A stretch of 63,692 nt of DNA, counting the filler. It is 6 parts of 6 records of this genome, joined end to end, with 100 filler letters (N's around TTAATTAATTAA, not from the genome) between each part and the next. Parts side by side here need not be neighbours in the genome. Positions count along the whole stretch, not along the records: positions 38,829 to 57,453 come from DRR723986_9301; 5 more parts are not named here. One strand, 5' to 3'. Positions 41,032 through 50,493 of the stretch are shown here, piece by piece; position 1 is the first letter of the stretch, and every line of letters begins with the position of its first letter. The notes under the pieces are model-generated. The model saw nothing but the letters and a program-made list of their open reading frames with translations. It searched no databases and was not told the origin of the DNA. The translations under genes were made by a program, and so were the position numbers.

Positions 41032-42063
41032 CTATTTATCTGCCGGATCTACAAAGTGAAAACGGCATTCAAAGCCCTGGGTAAAATCGAATGTTAAGTC
41101 TGCGTCGATCTGGTCTGCGAGTTCACGAATAATTGTAAACCCAAAACCTTCGCGAGGCTGATTTGCTGTAGCATCGGGGAGTCCCACACCGTCATCTGCG
41201 ACGCGGATGTGAATATTCTTGTTGTTTGAGAGTGCTTCCACAACAATGGTGCCACCCTGTTTATTGGGGAAGGCATGTTTAAAGGAATTGCACAGAAGTT
41301 CGTTTAATATCAACGCACAGGGCGTGGCCCGTTCAATTGAAAGTGGTAATTCAGCTACATTAACCTGAATGCTGGGTTGTTTGCCATCCAGGCAGAAAAG
41401 TGACGTCAGTGCACTGATCAGTTCGATTGCGAACGAGTGCAGATTCATGTGTTCACCACTTTCGGTCTGGCACATGGTTTCATGCACAATTGCAATTGTC
41501 CTGACGCGCATTGCGGCCGCACTCAAATTTGATTCGAGCAGGGGCGATCCGCTACGCAGTCCCTGTAAGTCCAACAGGCTGGAGACAACCTGTAAATTGT
41601 TTTTAGTGCGGTGGTGCAGTTCACGGATCAAAGTTTTGTCGCGCCGCTGCTGTTGGCGTGACTCTGCCGTCTGCAGGCTGGTCGTCAGGACTGTGTCCAG
41701 CAATTCCGCAAGGTGCCGCACAAACTCCTGCGTCGCCTCAGTGGGATTATCCACGTACTTAAGCTGCAGAGTGGCTTGTGAGTTGGCGAGTTGAAGGCTG
41801 CTTGTGCCGGATATATAATCGTGAGCTGCCGCCGTTTGCCCTACAAAACTTTCGGTGTTAAACAGTTGGTGATGGGCAGGGGGCAAGTGTAGCTCTATGC
41901 CGTGGGTGCCGGCATGTTCGCAGGCATTTTTTAGCAGGTGTGAGATTATCAGCGGCAGAACGTCCGGCTCGGCCTGCATCATAAGACGCGCATGCCGCCA
42001 GAGCAGCTCATGCGCCGAATGCTGGATGTCCGTTTGCCTGGCCTTTGAGCCCGTTGCCTGCAT
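41032..42063 (-). CDS. HisKA_2 family histidine kinase
   Basis: ELHHRTKNNLQ, LNELLCNSFKHAF, DDGVG, GFG. Confidence 0.92.
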   Translation of the reverse strand: MQATGSKARQTDIQHSAHELLWRHARLMMQAEPDVLPLIISHLLKNACEHAGTHGIELHLPPAHHQLFNTESFVGQTAAAHDYISGTSSLQLANSQATLQLKYVDNPTEATQEFVRHLAELLDTVLTTSLQTAESRQQQRRDKTLIRELHHRTKNNLQVVSSLLDLQGLRSGSPLLESNLSAAAMRVRTIAIVHETMCQTESGEHMNLHSFAIELISALTSLFCLDGKQPSIQVNVAELPLSIERATPCALILNELLCNSFKHAFPNKQGGTIVVEALSNNKNIHIRVADDGVGLPDATANQPREGFGFTIIRELADQIDADLTFDFTQGFECRFHFVDPADK

Positions 42064-42475
42064 GAGTACTTCTACAAATGAGAAATGGTACGATCGGGAG
42101 TTTCTACCGGCAACAGTGCCAAATTTGTGCACAAGAGTTGCCTGATTAAGTGACATTGCGCCTGCCGCCACTCGGCTTAACATGCCGCCGCCTACCCTAA
42201 GATACGCAGTTTGATGCAAGCAGGTTGGGCTTGGAGTGAGCACCGGCTGACGATTTGACGATGGGAAAAATAGCTAATTAATTGTACAAATCGCAAAGCC
42301 CACATGGACAGGTATCGCTAAAGACTTGCACAATACTGCTGCATGTAGCCTCTAAACCGTAGGTGAGGCGTTGATGGGTCTTGTGTTTATGACTGGTGCC
42401 TCAGGCATGCAGCTCCGCGTTAGCCTGGCGTTATTGCGGCTCAATATTCAAAACAAAGTAAGTAATAGCTTAATA

Positions 42476-42510
42476 GAAACGGCGCATCACTGTAGTGAAT
42501 GCGCCGTATC
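42476..42510 (-). terminator. Hairpin terminator downstream of cheW
   Basis: ACGGCGCAT-CAC-tgta-GTG-(A)-ATGCGCCGT, followed by TTTCTATT on the minus strand. Confidence 0.6.
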
Positions 42511-42561
42511 GAATTGACTGGTCTGACTGATGTCAGTTGTATGCTTAAGTCGATTGACTTT

Positions 42562-43080
42562 CTACATGCTTTCCAAGGATTCTTTTTCTGGAAGCGACAA
42601 AGTTTTTTCCAGATCGAGCAAAATCAGGAGGCGGTCGTCCAGTTTGCCGACGGCCGTAATGAATTCAGCGTTAATTCCGGCGACCATTGGTGGAGGTGGC
42701 TCGGTAATACTTGCTGGAATTCTGAGTACTTCACGCACTGCATCCACGATAAAGCCAATCGTTTTGCTCTCCAACTCTACCACGATAATACGCGTACTCT
42801 TGTCGTGCTCAATTGAGGGCATTTCCAGTTTGCGCCTCAGATCCACGACCGGGATGACCTTGCCACGTAGATTGATCACGCCTTCAATGAATGAGGGCGA
42901 GTTCGGCACGCGGGTGATTTCAGTCATACGATTGATTTCACGCACCTGAAGAATGTCTACGCCAAACTCTTCATTGCCAATTCTAAAGCTTACCAGTTGC
43001 AGTATTTCCAAAGAAGACTCCGTCGCGGGATCAACATTTTGCGTTTGCGCGGAAGGTGCTTCGACTGTAGAAGACGCCAT
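42562..43080 (-). CDS. cheW: Chemotaxis coupling protein CheW
   Basis: EEFGVDILQVREI, GVINLRGKVIPVVDLR, GFIVDAV. Confidence 0.96.
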   Translation of the reverse strand: MASSTVEAPSAQTQNVDPATESSLEILQLVSFRIGNEEFGVDILQVREINRMTEITRVPNSPSFIEGVINLRGKVIPVVDLRRKLEMPSIEHDKSTRIIVVELESKTIGFIVDAVREVLRIPASITEPPPPMVAGINAEFITAVGKLDDRLLILLDLEKTLSLPEKESLESM

Positions 43081-43258
43081 AAATTATTCCCCTGTTTACG
43101 TCCGCAAATAAACCGGCGCAGTACATGCGCTTTGAACGGAACAATATCACTTTTAGATGGGCGCTGTGCAAGTTTTTATTCGTCAGGCTACGGCGTATTT
43201 GCGCGAAACTATTGCCTAAGATGCTTGTCCTGTTACGAATTAGTCATAAATTGCATTT

Positions 43259-43458
43259 ACGTGTTGGTGTTCCAGACAGTTCCTGCTGTTCTGTGAAGCT
43301 TAATAGGGAAGTCGGGTGTGAATCCCGCGCGGTAGCGCCGCTGTAAAGGACGACGAACCATTCAGGCCGGAAAGGCAACCACTGATCAAAGTGCCTGCAC
43401 ACGATCGGGAAGGCGAATGGTAAGAATGACTCCTGAGCCAGAAGACCTGCCACACGTG
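43259..43458 (+). ncRNA. Cobalamin riboswitch
   Basis: Conserved blocks in order: AATAGGGAA, GGTGTGAATCC, CGCTGTAA, CCACTG, GGGAAGG, B12 box GAGCCAGAAGACCTGCC. Flanks can pair as P1. Confidence 0.96.
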
Positions 43459-43630
43459 CTCATCAATCGGTGTGGAAAATATCCACATCAGTATCCGCGC
43501 TAACGGATTGGATGAGGATCTGCCCTCCGCGTATCCGGCATTTCCCCATTTCAGGCCTCTGCACGTACTTCTGCGCTGCAACTCTACTACCGTTAGTTTA
43601 TTTCAAGAATCCTTATTCTGGGGAATCTCA

Positions 43631-45955
43631 ATGCGCCGTTTTTTACATCTGGCCTGCCTGGCTCTTGTTTTCTGTAGTTCGACTGTATCCACCCTTGCCC
43701 AGCCCGAAGCGCTGATCGAAACCGGCCTGCAGCCGCTGGCTCTGCTGGCCGACGGCACTGAACTGCACGTCTTCTGTAACCGCCTTGATCTGAATTTTGA
43801 CGGTATGCAGGATGAAGGCGATAGTCCCGCCTCCTGGTGGGTTATTGACCAGCGTACAAAAGAGGCGGCCCAGCGCGTAGAATTTGATTGGGATGACGGT
43901 TTTGGTTTTCCGTTCCGTCCGGCAATTGACCGCGAAAACGGTATCCTGTACTTGCCACTCTCCGAAGAGGTGCGGCCCTATAATGCCCGCGACGGTCAGG
44001 TCGTTACCAGCGCGCTCGAAATACCGTACGTGGCTTCCGCCGCATATTTTGATGCCGCAAACAGCCAGCTGTTGATCAGCCAGCGTCAAATGGGTGGTGA
44101 CGACATCCTGCGCACCTTTGACGTCAACAGCGGTGCTACACAAACTTATGCAGTGGGTGATAACGTCCAGCAATCACTCGTCTGGACCGATGCCGCAAGT
44201 GCGCGCCACCTGCTCGTGTTATGTGAAGGCATTTTTGGCGAAGAGAATTCGACCCTCAGCGTACTCACCCCAGGTGCAGAACCAGTGCGTGCCGACATAG
44301 CACTTGGCGGAACCGGTAACCACCTCCTCCTTGAAGGTGATTTGCTCTACGTCACAATGAATGCCGACCATGAGATTCACGAAATTGATCTGAATCAGAT
44401 GTCAATCGTGCGCAGCTTTGACGTCGGAACCAGTGAATTTAATGGGCCGCGCGACGCCGTAATTGTAGATGGTGATTTGTACGTGACAACCTATGCCGAC
44501 GACGTGCGCCGCATTAGTCTGGCAGATGGAACCGTCAAAGCGATTCTCTCCAGCGCTGCTCGCCCGGAAGGTATCGTAGATTGGGACGGACGATTGTGGA
44601 TCGCCAACGCATACGAGCCTGCAAGTTTTACGTCCGACCGCACAATTGCAGTTCTGCATCCCAAACTCTCCAGCGAAGTCCTTGCAATTGTTCCAACAGT
44701 TATGCAGCCGGCCCATTTGGCGACAAGCCAGGACGGCGTGATTGCCTTTGGAAACCAGATTGATCTCAACTTTAACACAATGCAGGATGAGGGTGATCTT
44801 CCGCAAACTGTGGCTCTGCATTCCCGCGCGGACTTTTCCAGTGAGTGGGAGAGTGAGTTGCCCTGGGGCGGTGGCGGTTTTCCCCTGCGTCCCACACTCA
44901 ATCGCGCTGACGACCGCGCTTATGTAATTACCGGCAGGCAAGTGACATTCCAATCTTTAAATTCGTCAATGAGTGGCAATTTGGATGGAGTGAATTTGGG
45001 TAATGCCGCGGCACTTAACTATTCGCCTCTTACAAAAACGCTTGCTATCACGGAGCGCGGTGATGCTTCCGGCATGGTTCGTTTGCTCGACCTGTCCGGC
45101 GGTGATTTTAATGAACGGTCTATCTCAGGGCTTACACCATTTGTTCAGCAAAGCATTTGGACTGGAGACATTTCACAAGACTTTGACCTGATCGTTCTCG
45201 AAGAAGGTAACTTCACCGGTGGCGCCGGCCGTCTGGTATATGTTAACACCGCTAGTGCTACTATTTTTGAGGCGCTGGAGTTGGGTGCCGGTGCCAATCA
45301 CATGCTGCTGGATGGCAACCTGCTGTACATTACAATTAACGGCGCGCATGAAGTTGTGGTGGTTGACTTAACACAAAATACGATAACACAGCGTATCCCC
45401 ACCGGAACGGAAGGATTTAACGGTCCGCGCGAAAGCATTCTGTTTAATGGAGACCTTTACGTTACGACATACTCAAATGATGTGCGCCGCTTTGATCTGG
45501 CAACAGGTGAAATGACCGCGCGTTATGAGACTGGTGGCAAACCTGAAGGCATCACTGCGTACAACAACCGGATTTGGGTTGCCAATGCATTTGAGTTCAA
45601 CGACTTTGCTTCGGGGTACACACTTGCCATTATCCAGCCGGCGGATGCAATCACTTCGGTGCATGCCGAACCACACAAAGAGGATCTTAACTCTGAAATG
45701 TTAATGCTCTCTCCAAATCCGGCGGCACAAAGTGTGCGCATTAAAATGCTTGAGGATCTTCAGCTGGATGGTGCTATTCAGTTGGAAGTGACTGCGCTTG
45801 ACGGCCGTGTTGTGCACCGCCAAATTGCAAACGCGGCGGATGTGCGTCATGGCGCGCAACAAGTGAATGTTGCCGGTTTGGCGGCCGGTGCTTACGTCGT
45901 GACGTTGCGTGCCGGCAATGTGATGCAGTCGGCGCGCTTGTTTGTGCAGCCTTAA
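43631..45955 (+). CDS. Secreted tandem YncE/BtuG-like beta-propeller protein with T9SS type A sorting domain
   Basis: Signal peptide TLA|Q, two ~325-aa repeats, C-terminal LSPNPA...DGRVV...LAAGAYVV. ATG 43631 chosen because the longer ORF start lies in the riboswitch leader. Confidence 0.88.
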   Translation: MRRFLHLACLALVFCSSTVSTLAQPEALIETGLQPLALLADGTELHVFCNRLDLNFDGMQDEGDSPASWWVIDQRTKEAAQRVEFDWDDGFGFPFRPAIDRENGILYLPLSEEVRPYNARDGQVVTSALEIPYVASAAYFDAANSQLLISQRQMGGDDILRTFDVNSGATQTYAVGDNVQQSLVWTDAASARHLLVLCEGIFGEENSTLSVLTPGAEPVRADIALGGTGNHLLLEGDLLYVTMNADHEIHEIDLNQMSIVRSFDVGTSEFNGPRDAVIVDGDLYVTTYADDVRRISLADGTVKAILSSAARPEGIVDWDGRLWIANAYEPASFTSDRTIAVLHPKLSSEVLAIVPTVMQPAHLATSQDGVIAFGNQIDLNFNTMQDEGDLPQTVALHSRADFSSEWESELPWGGGGFPLRPTLNRADDRAYVITGRQVTFQSLNSSMSGNLDGVNLGNAAALNYSPLTKTLAITERGDASGMVRLLDLSGGDFNERSISGLTPFVQQSIWTGDISQDFDLIVLEEGNFTGGAGRLVYVNTASATIFEALELGAGANHMLLDGNLLYITINGAHEVVVVDLTQNTITQRIPTGTEGFNGPRESILFNGDLYVTTYSNDVRRFDLATGEMTARYETGGKPEGITAYNNRIWVANAFEFNDFASGYTLAIIQPADAITSVHAEPHKEDLNSEMLMLSPNPAAQSVRIKMLEDLQLDGAIQLEVTALDGRVVHRQIANAADVRHGAQQVNVAGLAAGAYVVTLRAGNVMQSARLFVQP

Positions 45956-46134
45956 ATAGCTGTAGGTGGACCGCATTGGCATTCGTCCGTGTCTGTGAAG
46001 TTTAAGTCGTTGGCCGATAGAGTCAGTTGCCGCGTATGTTTAACAATCTCCTTGTTACGATTGTTTAATAGAGAGACTAATCATATGAGTGCTTCTGGCT
46101 CTGTCTTCCCGACTTATTCTCCGGTGAGCTCCTG

Positions 46135-48195
46135 ATGCTGCGCCGAAACACACAAACAGGCCGTCCTCTTTTCCTGCTCTCGGGCGCTCGCTCTTGTGTC
46201 ACACATCGTTTGGCGCATCATTTGGGGCATCGTTTGACTTGGGGCCTGATTAATGGCCTGGCCTTCGGCTTGATTTTTTTGTTTGTCTCCGTGTCGGCAG
46301 AGGCAAGTACACCAGACAGTTTAGATACGAACATTCGCGATAGTATTGTTGAACTCCCGCAAGTAGAAGTTGCCACATCCCGCATTCAAACCAGTATAAC
46401 ACGACCAGCCAGCATCGTTAACCGTCAGGCAATTGAGCGCTTGCCGCTTCAGGATCTTGGAGATATTGTCAGTCTTGCGCCCGGCGTATTTGTTAAAAGT
46501 TATGGCGGGCTGGGTGGTGTGCAGACTTTGAGTTTGCGTGGCAGCACGGCGCCGCAGACCTTGGTGTTGCTTGACGGTGTGCGTCTTAACTCAGTTCGCA
46601 ATGGCGCTGTTGACCTTGCCTTGCTGCCGCCGGCTCTGGTGGAAGACGTGCAGGTTGTTCGCGGTGGTGCGGCGGCCTTGTACGGCGGGAATGCACTGGG
46701 GGGCGTTGTTAACATTCGTGGGCGCCGCCTGCGCCGGCCGCTGATGTTTGGTGCCGGACTGGAACGCGCTTCATTTAACGAGTGGCGCCTATCCGCCTAC
46801 GGCGGTGTGCGGTACACAAATACACAGATAAGCGGGGCTCTGGCCCTGGATAAAAGTGACGGCGACTATCCATTTGATTTTAACCAGTTTGGCGAAGACG
46901 CAAGCTCCCGGCGCGCGAACGGCGATGCATTGATTCGTGCCGGAATGTTAAACCTGCAGAGCGTTTGGGCGCCGCTGCACCTGTTTACGACAGTCTTACT
47001 ACGCGATGCTGAGCGCGGTTCACCCGGAGCTGTTGTGCAGGGAAATATTGAGGATGCCTCGGCGCGTTTGTTTGACGATGACATAAGTATACTTGGCGGA
47101 GCCGAGCTTGAGCGCGCAGACTGGCGCGCCGGCCTGTTGTTTAATCTGCGCCGCGCAAATCAAACCTATATCGACCCGGAGTTCTTTGGTCCCGACCCCA
47201 GCAGGCATACGTTTGATTTTCGTGAAAATGAAGCCTCCCTGGCGCTGCACGGTTCTGTAGATTACAAACTCGTCAAACTTGAATCGCGTCTTGAATACAC
47301 GCACGCGGCCTTAGCAAGTGATCAGCTGCAGAATGTCGTAGGTGACCGGGTTACGCGCCGGCATGCGGCATTAGCTTTGATAGCCACTAAAGGAGTTAAG
47401 TTAACATCGGTGCAACTGTTGAGTCTGGAAGCGGCACTGCGCGTGGATGCATATGCGCAGTTCCCGAGCGTTGTGTCTCCATTGTTTGCTCTTGCCTGGA
47501 CACTGCAGCCGCAGGGTTTGACGTTCAGGGCGCAGGTAAGCGACAACTACCGGCCGCCCAGCTTTAATGAACTGTACTATGTGAACTTTGGCTCCAGTGA
47601 CCTGCGGCCGGAGCGTGGCGTGGCTGCGGGAATTGGCGCCGACCTGGGGCTGAAGACTTTTAACATTTCACTCGATTACTTTGGGTTTTGGACGCGCGAT
47701 CAGATAATCGCCGTGCCGCGCAGCCCAATCGCCTGGAGTGCACGCAACCTTGGACGCGTAACCGGTCAGGGCCTTGAGTTGGCTGCACAAGGGTGGTTGG
47801 TTGAGCAAAAACTGGAAATGCGCGTAGCCGGAACGCTGCAGCGTGCCACCGACCAGTCACCACAATCTTTGGCAAAAGGTGAAGAAATTGTTTATGTGCC
47901 CGGCGAGCTTTTGAATGTTGCGGTGTTATATAAACATGGCGACTTTGACTGCGGCTTTTTATTTGAGTTTACCGGCGAACGTTTAACATTGCCGGGCGGC
48001 GGTGCTGACTCACGTTTGCCATCCTATAGCCTGCTAAATCTGTTTGCAGCCTACAACATAGAACTGGGGAGTCATGTGCTGACGGCACGTGTGCAAATGG
48101 ACAATGTGTTTAATTCTGCCTATACGGTGGTGCGCAATTACCCAATGCCTGGGCGGCGTTTGTCTCTGCGGCTTGACGCAGTCTTTAAGCAGTGA
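46135..48195 (+). CDS. btuB: TonB-dependent cobalamin receptor (BtuB-like)
   Basis: Plug VFVKSYGGLGG..TLSLRG...LLDGV, C-terminal NYPMPGR, downstream of the B12 riboswitch. Start uncertain. Confidence 0.85.
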   Translation: MLRRNTQTGRPLFLLSGARSCVTHRLAHHLGHRLTWGLINGLAFGLIFLFVSVSAEASTPDSLDTNIRDSIVELPQVEVATSRIQTSITRPASIVNRQAIERLPLQDLGDIVSLAPGVFVKSYGGLGGVQTLSLRGSTAPQTLVLLDGVRLNSVRNGAVDLALLPPALVEDVQVVRGGAAALYGGNALGGVVNIRGRRLRRPLMFGAGLERASFNEWRLSAYGGVRYTNTQISGALALDKSDGDYPFDFNQFGEDASSRRANGDALIRAGMLNLQSVWAPLHLFTTVLLRDAERGSPGAVVQGNIEDASARLFDDDISILGGAELERADWRAGLLFNLRRANQTYIDPEFFGPDPSRHTFDFRENEASLALHGSVDYKLVKLESRLEYTHAALASDQLQNVVGDRVTRRHAALALIATKGVKLTSVQLLSLEAALRVDAYAQFPSVVSPLFALAWTLQPQGLTFRAQVSDNYRPPSFNELYYVNFGSSDLRPERGVAAGIGADLGLKTFNISLDYFGFWTRDQIIAVPRSPIAWSARNLGRVTGQGLELAAQGWLVEQKLEMRVAGTLQRATDQSPQSLAKGEEIVYVPGELLNVAVLYKHGDFDCGFLFEFTGERLTLPGGGADSRLPSYSLLNLFAAYNIELGSHVLTARVQMDNVFNSAYTVVRNYPMPGRRLSLRLDAVFKQ

Positions 48196-48218
48196 GTACT
48201 TGAAACTCTGAGCAGAAC

Positions 48219-49304
48219 TTAACCGCGAATCAGGTCGTTTTCCAACTCGCGCCAGAATGAAATTTTGGTGCGGAAAATTGCTTCGATGTCATCCCGTGCC
48301 GGTTCGTCCGCATATTTGCCGGCGGCTAAATCCTGTTTGTACTGTGCCAGAATCTCGCGAATTTCAAGCGGATCTTTGGTGGCAAAAACCGCGGCACGCA
48401 GACTATCGGAACCATCAAATGTTTGTGTGAACCAGGAGATGTGTTTGCGTACAAAATTTAAGGCCGGTACTTCACCCAGCCACACAAATGCTTCCTTAAC
48501 ATAATCACACATTACCTGAAGCTGTTCTTCCAGCGCGGGGGCAGCTGGTAGAGACTCGCCGTTAAGTACAGCGCGGCACTGATCAAACATCCATGGGCGT
48601 CCGAGCGCTCCGCGCGCGATCATGATCCCATCAGCATCGGTGTGTGCTTTCATTGCCAGTGCATCGGCTGCCGAGAAGACATCACCATTGCCAACCACAG
48701 GGATGTTAACAGCTTGTTTAACAGTTGCAATGTAGTCCCAATCTGCCGAAGTGGAGTAGCTGTCGGTCCGTGTGCGGGCGTGTACTGTTATGAAACTTGC
48801 GCCGGCTTCTTCGGCAATACGCCCAACGTCCGCCGGTTGAAGTTTAGCACCTTGTCCCGTCGACCGTATTTTGATCGACACCGGGGTGGCGCCTGCGGCT
48901 TTAACGGAAGCCTCAATCAATTCATGCAATTTGTGTGCATTGCCCAGGAGGGCCGCACCGCAGCCACGTGAGCAAATATTGGGGACGGGGCAGCCGGCAT
49001 TGATGTCAATCAGTGTTGGTCTGTGAGATTGTACGAGGCGTTTGATAGCCTTGGACGTGTGGTAGGCGGAGCCGCCAGTCAGCTGAATCGCTACCGGCCG
49101 CTCATCGGGATGGAATGTCACCAGGCGGTACATCATGGAACTGTCTTCCAGGATGCCCTCGGCCGTAGCCATTTCCGTGAAAACCAGATCACATCCGTGG
49201 TTGCGGCACACACGCCGGAAAGCGCTGTCCGTAGTACGTGCCATCGGAGCCAGCATCAATGCTGTGCGATCTTTAAACAGATTATTGATCAGCTCACTCT
49301 GCAT
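48219..49304 (-). CDS. dusB: tRNA-dihydrouridine synthase (DusB-like)
   Basis: LAPMA, DINAGCP, TVHART, GNGDV, MIARGALGRPW. Confidence 0.92.
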   Translation of the reverse strand: MQSELINNLFKDRTALMLAPMARTTDSAFRRVCRNHGCDLVFTEMATAEGILEDSSMMYRLVTFHPDERPVAIQLTGGSAYHTSKAIKRLVQSHRPTLIDINAGCPVPNICSRGCGAALLGNAHKLHELIEASVKAAGATPVSIKIRSTGQGAKLQPADVGRIAEEAGASFITVHARTRTDSYSTSADWDYIATVKQAVNIPVVGNGDVFSAADALAMKAHTDADGIMIARGALGRPWMFDQCRAVLNGESLPAAPALEEQLQVMCDYVKEAFVWLGEVPALNFVRKHISWFTQTFDGSDSLRAAVFATKDPLEIREILAQYKQDLAAGKYADEPARDDIEAIFRTKISFWRELENDLIRG

Positions 49305-49390
49305 TACGTTCCCGGACCGTTCCAAGGTTGTTCAGTCAGTGGAAGCCATGAGTTCCGAGTCTCAATCGTGAGCCAGGGGTATCAAACGAC

Positions 49391-50314
49391 TTATTTGTTC
49401 ACGAAGGTCAGCCAACCGTAAGGGTCGTCGCCACTTTCCAGAATGCTGAAGAAGCGATCCTGAATGCGTTTTGTGATCGGGCCGGCTTTGCCGTCTCCAA
49501 TCGTAACGTGATCTACGCTGCGCACGGGCGTTACTTCTACGGCCGTACCGGTAAAGAAAATTTCATCGGCGGTATACAACATTGCTCGCGGAATTTGATC
49601 CGTAACGATCGGAATGTTCAAATCTTCGGCGATCGTCATAATTGAAGAGCGTGTGATTCCTGCCAGAATTGAAGCGCCAAGCGGAGTTGTAAAGAGAGTA
49701 CCGTCCTGCACCAGGAAAATATTCTCTCCGCTGCCCTCACTGACATAACCCTGAACGCTCAGACCAATACCCTCAGCAAAACCGTTGGACCGCGCTTCAA
49801 TTTTAATAAGTTGGGCGTTCATGTAATTACCGCCCGCTTTGGAGAGCGTCGGCATAGTATTTGGAGCAATACGGTTCCATGATGAAACGCAGACATCAAC
49901 GCCATTCTCAATCGCTTCGGGACCGAGATAACGTCCCCATTCCCAGGCGGCGATGACAACTTCCATCGGGCAGTTCATCGGATAGACACCAAGCTCACCA
50001 TAGCCGCGGAACGCTACCGGGCGGATATAACAGGACTTCAGATTGTTGCGCTGGATAAGCTCCAGGGCTACTTCACTCAGTTGCTCGGGCGTGTATTCCA
50101 TTTCCGAGCGGTAAATTTTCAAGCTTTGAACCAGGCGGTCCATGTGCTCCTGCAAGCGGAAGACTGCGGTCCCCTTAGCGGTATCATAAGCGCGAACGCC
50201 CTCAAACCAGCTGGAACCATAATGAACTACGTGTGAGAGCACATGAATTTTAGCCTCGTCCCAGCCTATGAACTCACCGTTCATCCAGATAAATTCGCTT
50301 TTTGCCAGAGCCAT
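49391..50314 (-). CDS. ilvE: Branched-chain amino acid aminotransferase
   Basis: HYGSSWFEG, YIRP, KAGGNY, EGSGENIF, LAGITR, TGTAVEVTP. Confidence 0.96.
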   Translation of the reverse strand: MALAKSEFIWMNGEFIGWDEAKIHVLSHVVHYGSSWFEGVRAYDTAKGTAVFRLQEHMDRLVQSLKIYRSEMEYTPEQLSEVALELIQRNNLKSCYIRPVAFRGYGELGVYPMNCPMEVVIAAWEWGRYLGPEAIENGVDVCVSSWNRIAPNTMPTLSKAGGNYMNAQLIKIEARSNGFAEGIGLSVQGYVSEGSGENIFLVQDGTLFTTPLGASILAGITRSSIMTIAEDLNIPIVTDQIPRAMLYTADEIFFTGTAVEVTPVRSVDHVTIGDGKAGPITKRIQDRFFSILESGDDPYGWLTFVNK

Positions 50315-50493
50315 TGACTACCTCTCGTACTTTGTTCTAATTACAGTCTCATTCTGCACCGATACCTGATTGCTTTCCAGATCCGGAAACCTTTGAAGCG
50401 TGAGTTGCACTTCAAAGAGCTTGAAGTCTCACGGCGGTGTTGTGGGCGCGGAGAAGTGACCCTACGATCAATAAAAACTGACACACCAGAGGG

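Noticed and set aside
43472-43630. N-terminal 53 aa of the 827-aa ORF call
   Set aside because: Lies in the riboswitch expression platform. The signal peptide starts at ATG 43631.
46204-46240. Three imperfect 12-bp tandem repeats (CATCGTTTGGCG-like) near the btuB start
   Set aside because: Short, degenerate and in frame. No evidence for phase variation.
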